DNA of 64,000 nt, taken from positions 192,001-256,000 of the forward strand of contig CAVYKI010000006.1 of assembly GCA_963769025.1 (NCBI GenBank), in the 5' to 3' direction. Below, piece after piece: positions 61,765 through 64,000 of this stretch (its first letter is position 1; each line of letters opens with the position of its first letter). Made by a program: the position numbers and the translations under genes. Under the pieces are notes generated by a model that was not told the DNA's origin, did no database searches, and saw nothing but the letters and a program-made list of their open reading frames with translations. This DNA is from an uncultured Verrucomicrobiae bacterium (lineage in GTDB: Bacteria; Verrucomicrobiota; Verrucomicrobiia; Chthoniobacterales; Chthoniobacteraceae).

Positions 61765-63330
61765 TGGGCCGGCCTCCGCATGATGACGTTGGGCTGTTCG
61801 TTCATGGATCGGATCAGGCGGAGAGCACCTCTCCCGTGTCGCGCCACGAGGCGCGGAGCTGCGGGAAACCATTGTGCGAGCGAGCACATGGCGACGTAGG
61901 TGAAGCCGCTGGCGAAGAGGCCGAGGAAGGGCATGGCGAGCCAGTTGCGGGCCGTGACTTCGTGGATGAAGAAGTAGATGAAGTAGGCCGCGAAGGCGAT
62001 TTCGATGAAGGGCAGGAGGTTTTTCGCGACGGAGTATTTCGACTTTTTCCAGGCCTGCGTCTTGGTCTGGATGCCGTACTTGGGCGTGCGGGTGAATTCG
62101 CCGGTGACGCCGAACATCCCTTGGATGACGGCCCACGCGTTATTCACGGCGAGGCCGATGGTCAGCGCGAGCAGGGCGGGGAGGTAGAGGACTTCGCGCC
62201 ACCAGGAGCGTGGGTAGAGCTCCCGCTGGGAGACGATGTAGAAGACGATGGCGGGAAGCGACCCGGTGATGAAGATCGGGATGTCGAGCAGGATGGTGCG
62301 CCAGATTCCCCAGGTCCCGTCGGCGTTGGCTGCGACGCTCGGGTGCATCAGGATGCAGATGGCGGCGAGGAGCAGGAACGCGTAGTTCGAGGTGAGGTGC
62401 ATGGTGGCTTCGAGCTTCACCTTTAGCGGAAGGTGTGCCCGCCACACGGCGGGGAGGAGTTTTTTGCAGGTCTGGATGCTGCCCTTGGTCCAGCGGTGCT
62501 GCTGGGACTTGAAGCCATTCATGTCCACGGGGAGCTCGGCGGGGGTGACGAGGTCGGGCAGGAAGACGAAGTTCCAGCCCTTGAGCTGCGCGCGGTAGCT
62601 GAGGTCGAGATCCTCGGTGAGCGTGTCGTGCTGCCAGCCGCCGGCTTCGACGATGCAGGACTTCCGCCAGACGCCGGCGGTGCCGTTGAAATTGATGAAG
62701 CGGCCCGGAGCGGTTGCGGCCGGTCTGCTCGAGGAGCAGGTGGCCGTCGAGGAACATCGCCTGCACGCGCGTGAGCATCGAGTAGGTGCGGTTCAGGTGG
62801 CCCCAGCGGGTCTGGATCATGCCGACCTTGGGGTCGGAAAAATAGTCCACGGTGCGTTTGAGGACATCCGGGTTCGGGACGAAGTCCGCGTCGAGGATGA
62901 GGATAAACTCGCCCTTTGCCGACTGGAGCCCGTTTTCCAAGGCGCCAGCCTTGAAGCCCGTGCGGTCGGTGCGGTGGATGTGCGTGATGTCGAAACCGCG
63001 GACCACAAGTTCGCCGACGAGCTTGGTGGCGAGCTCGCGGGTTTCGTCGGTGGAGTCGTCGAGCACCTGCACGTCGACCAGGTGCTGCGGGTAGTCGAGC
63101 TTGGAAACGGATTCCAAGAGCCGCTCGACGACGTAGAGTTCGTTAAAGATGGGCAGCTGAACGGTGACGCGCGGCAGCTGGTCCAGCTTGCCGAGAGGCA
63201 CCGGGGCGTTGCGCCGGTTCTTTAAGAAAAGATAAACGATGAGATAACGATGCAGGCCGTACAAGGAGATTCCCAGTAATACGGCGGTGTAGCAGAGCGT
63301 CCAAATGAGTGTTCCCAGATTGTCGGGCAT
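61761..63330 (-). CDS. Processive GT2 glycosyltransferase (cellulose synthase-like, CslA-type); indel near 62710
   Basis: [33 protein letters not shown] (hand-translated), QQHRW, C-terminal TMs. Confidence 0.92.
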
Positions 63331-63472
63331 GCGGTTGATAAAAGCCGTTTCCGGCAAAAAGAAGGGCGCATAATGGATTTGTAGCGCCGACCGTCAAGAC
63401 CAAATCCTACCCTCGCATCAACGACCGAATTCCATTGGTAAAGCCTTGCGCTGTGCTGAACAGCGACGTTTT

Positions 63473-63685
63473 TCAGAACAGGCTCGGGCTGTCGTTGGCG
63501 GCTTCTCCACCCATGCCGAGCAGGCTTTCGCGGTCCCGATCGGGCAGGCTGCGCCACCATTCCAGCGCCTCTTTTTGCGAATATGCCAGCACGGCGAAGG
63601 TCCGGCCATGCCATGTCATTTCGGAGGAAACGGCGTCGACCTCATCGGCACGGCAGCGAATCCAGGGGACGCGAACGATCTTCAT
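63473..63685 (-). CDS. Small hypothetical protein (70 aa)
   Basis: MKIVRVPWIRC...EALEWWRSL...PSLF; fits between co-oriented neighbours. Confidence 0.45.
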   Translation of the reverse strand: MKIVRVPWIRCRADEVDAVSSEMTWHGRTFAVLAYSQKEALEWWRSLPDRDRESLLGMGGEAANDSPSLF

Positions 63686-63741
63686 ATGGTGTCTCAGAAT
63701 TACCGTGGGGTTTTGAAAATGGCGACCACGGATCCGGCTTA

Positions 63742-64000
63742 TCAAAGCGTGATTTTCATCCCGTCCGTGGCGATGCGCACGCCCTCGGGCAGCGCGGCCT
63801 CGGTCGCCGCATGCGAGAGGTCGTGGCAGAGGTGGGTGAAGAGTGTCTGCCGCGGCTGGATCGCCGCGGCGGTCTCTAGCGCCTCGTCCACGCTCATGTG
63901 CGTAGGATGTTCCCGGCGGCGGAGGGCGTCGAGGATGAGCGTGTCCACGCCGGCGACCTGCGCGCGCACTTCCTCGGGCACGGCCTTGCAGTCATTGATA
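63742..64000 (-). CDS. 3' part of an MBL-fold metallo-hydrolase (PhnP-like)
   Basis: YINDC..LILDALR..HPTH..FTHLCH..ATDGM; runs off the window edge. Confidence 0.88.
   Translation of the reverse strand, partial: INDCKAVPEEVRAQVAGVDTLILDALRRREHPTHMSVDEALETAAAIQPRQTLFTHLCHDLSHAATEAALPEGVRIATDGMKITL

Overview
This is a GC-rich bacterial chromosomal segment, most likely Verrucomicrobiota (Chthoniobacterales/Spartobacteria-like). That call rests on an Akkermansia Amuc_1098-1102-type pilus cluster, coaE-rho linkage and a PVC-style ribosomal operon without rpsN and rpmD. Positions 1-9.9 kb hold the distal S10, spc and alpha ribosomal cluster (rplV tail to rpsD), which ends in a terminator with no rpoA-rplQ. 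The rest is mostly housekeeping genes (dnaB, rplI, corA, ispD, rnd, rho, coaE, ftsY, nusB, ribH, guaB, ruvC, lipB, hup, rsmA, bcp, tmk, thiE) mixed with accessory modules. These modules are a hicBA toxin-antitoxin pair wedged into a DUF58-vWA operon, an HTTM protein with a partner gene, the five-gene pilus/secretin cluster, ExbB-ExbD-TonB-like plus a Zn-ribbon gene, a KimA/YdaO-like APC-USP transporter behind a structured leader with partial c-di-AMP-riboswitch-like words, a multi-PAS hybrid kinase with a response regulator, and an RsmA-Nudix fusion. Many essential genes are split by single-base indels, most plausibly long-read assembly errors, so they are reported as single CDSs. I saw no rRNA, tRNA, CRISPR array or transposase. 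All family calls come from reading motifs by eye; no searches were run.
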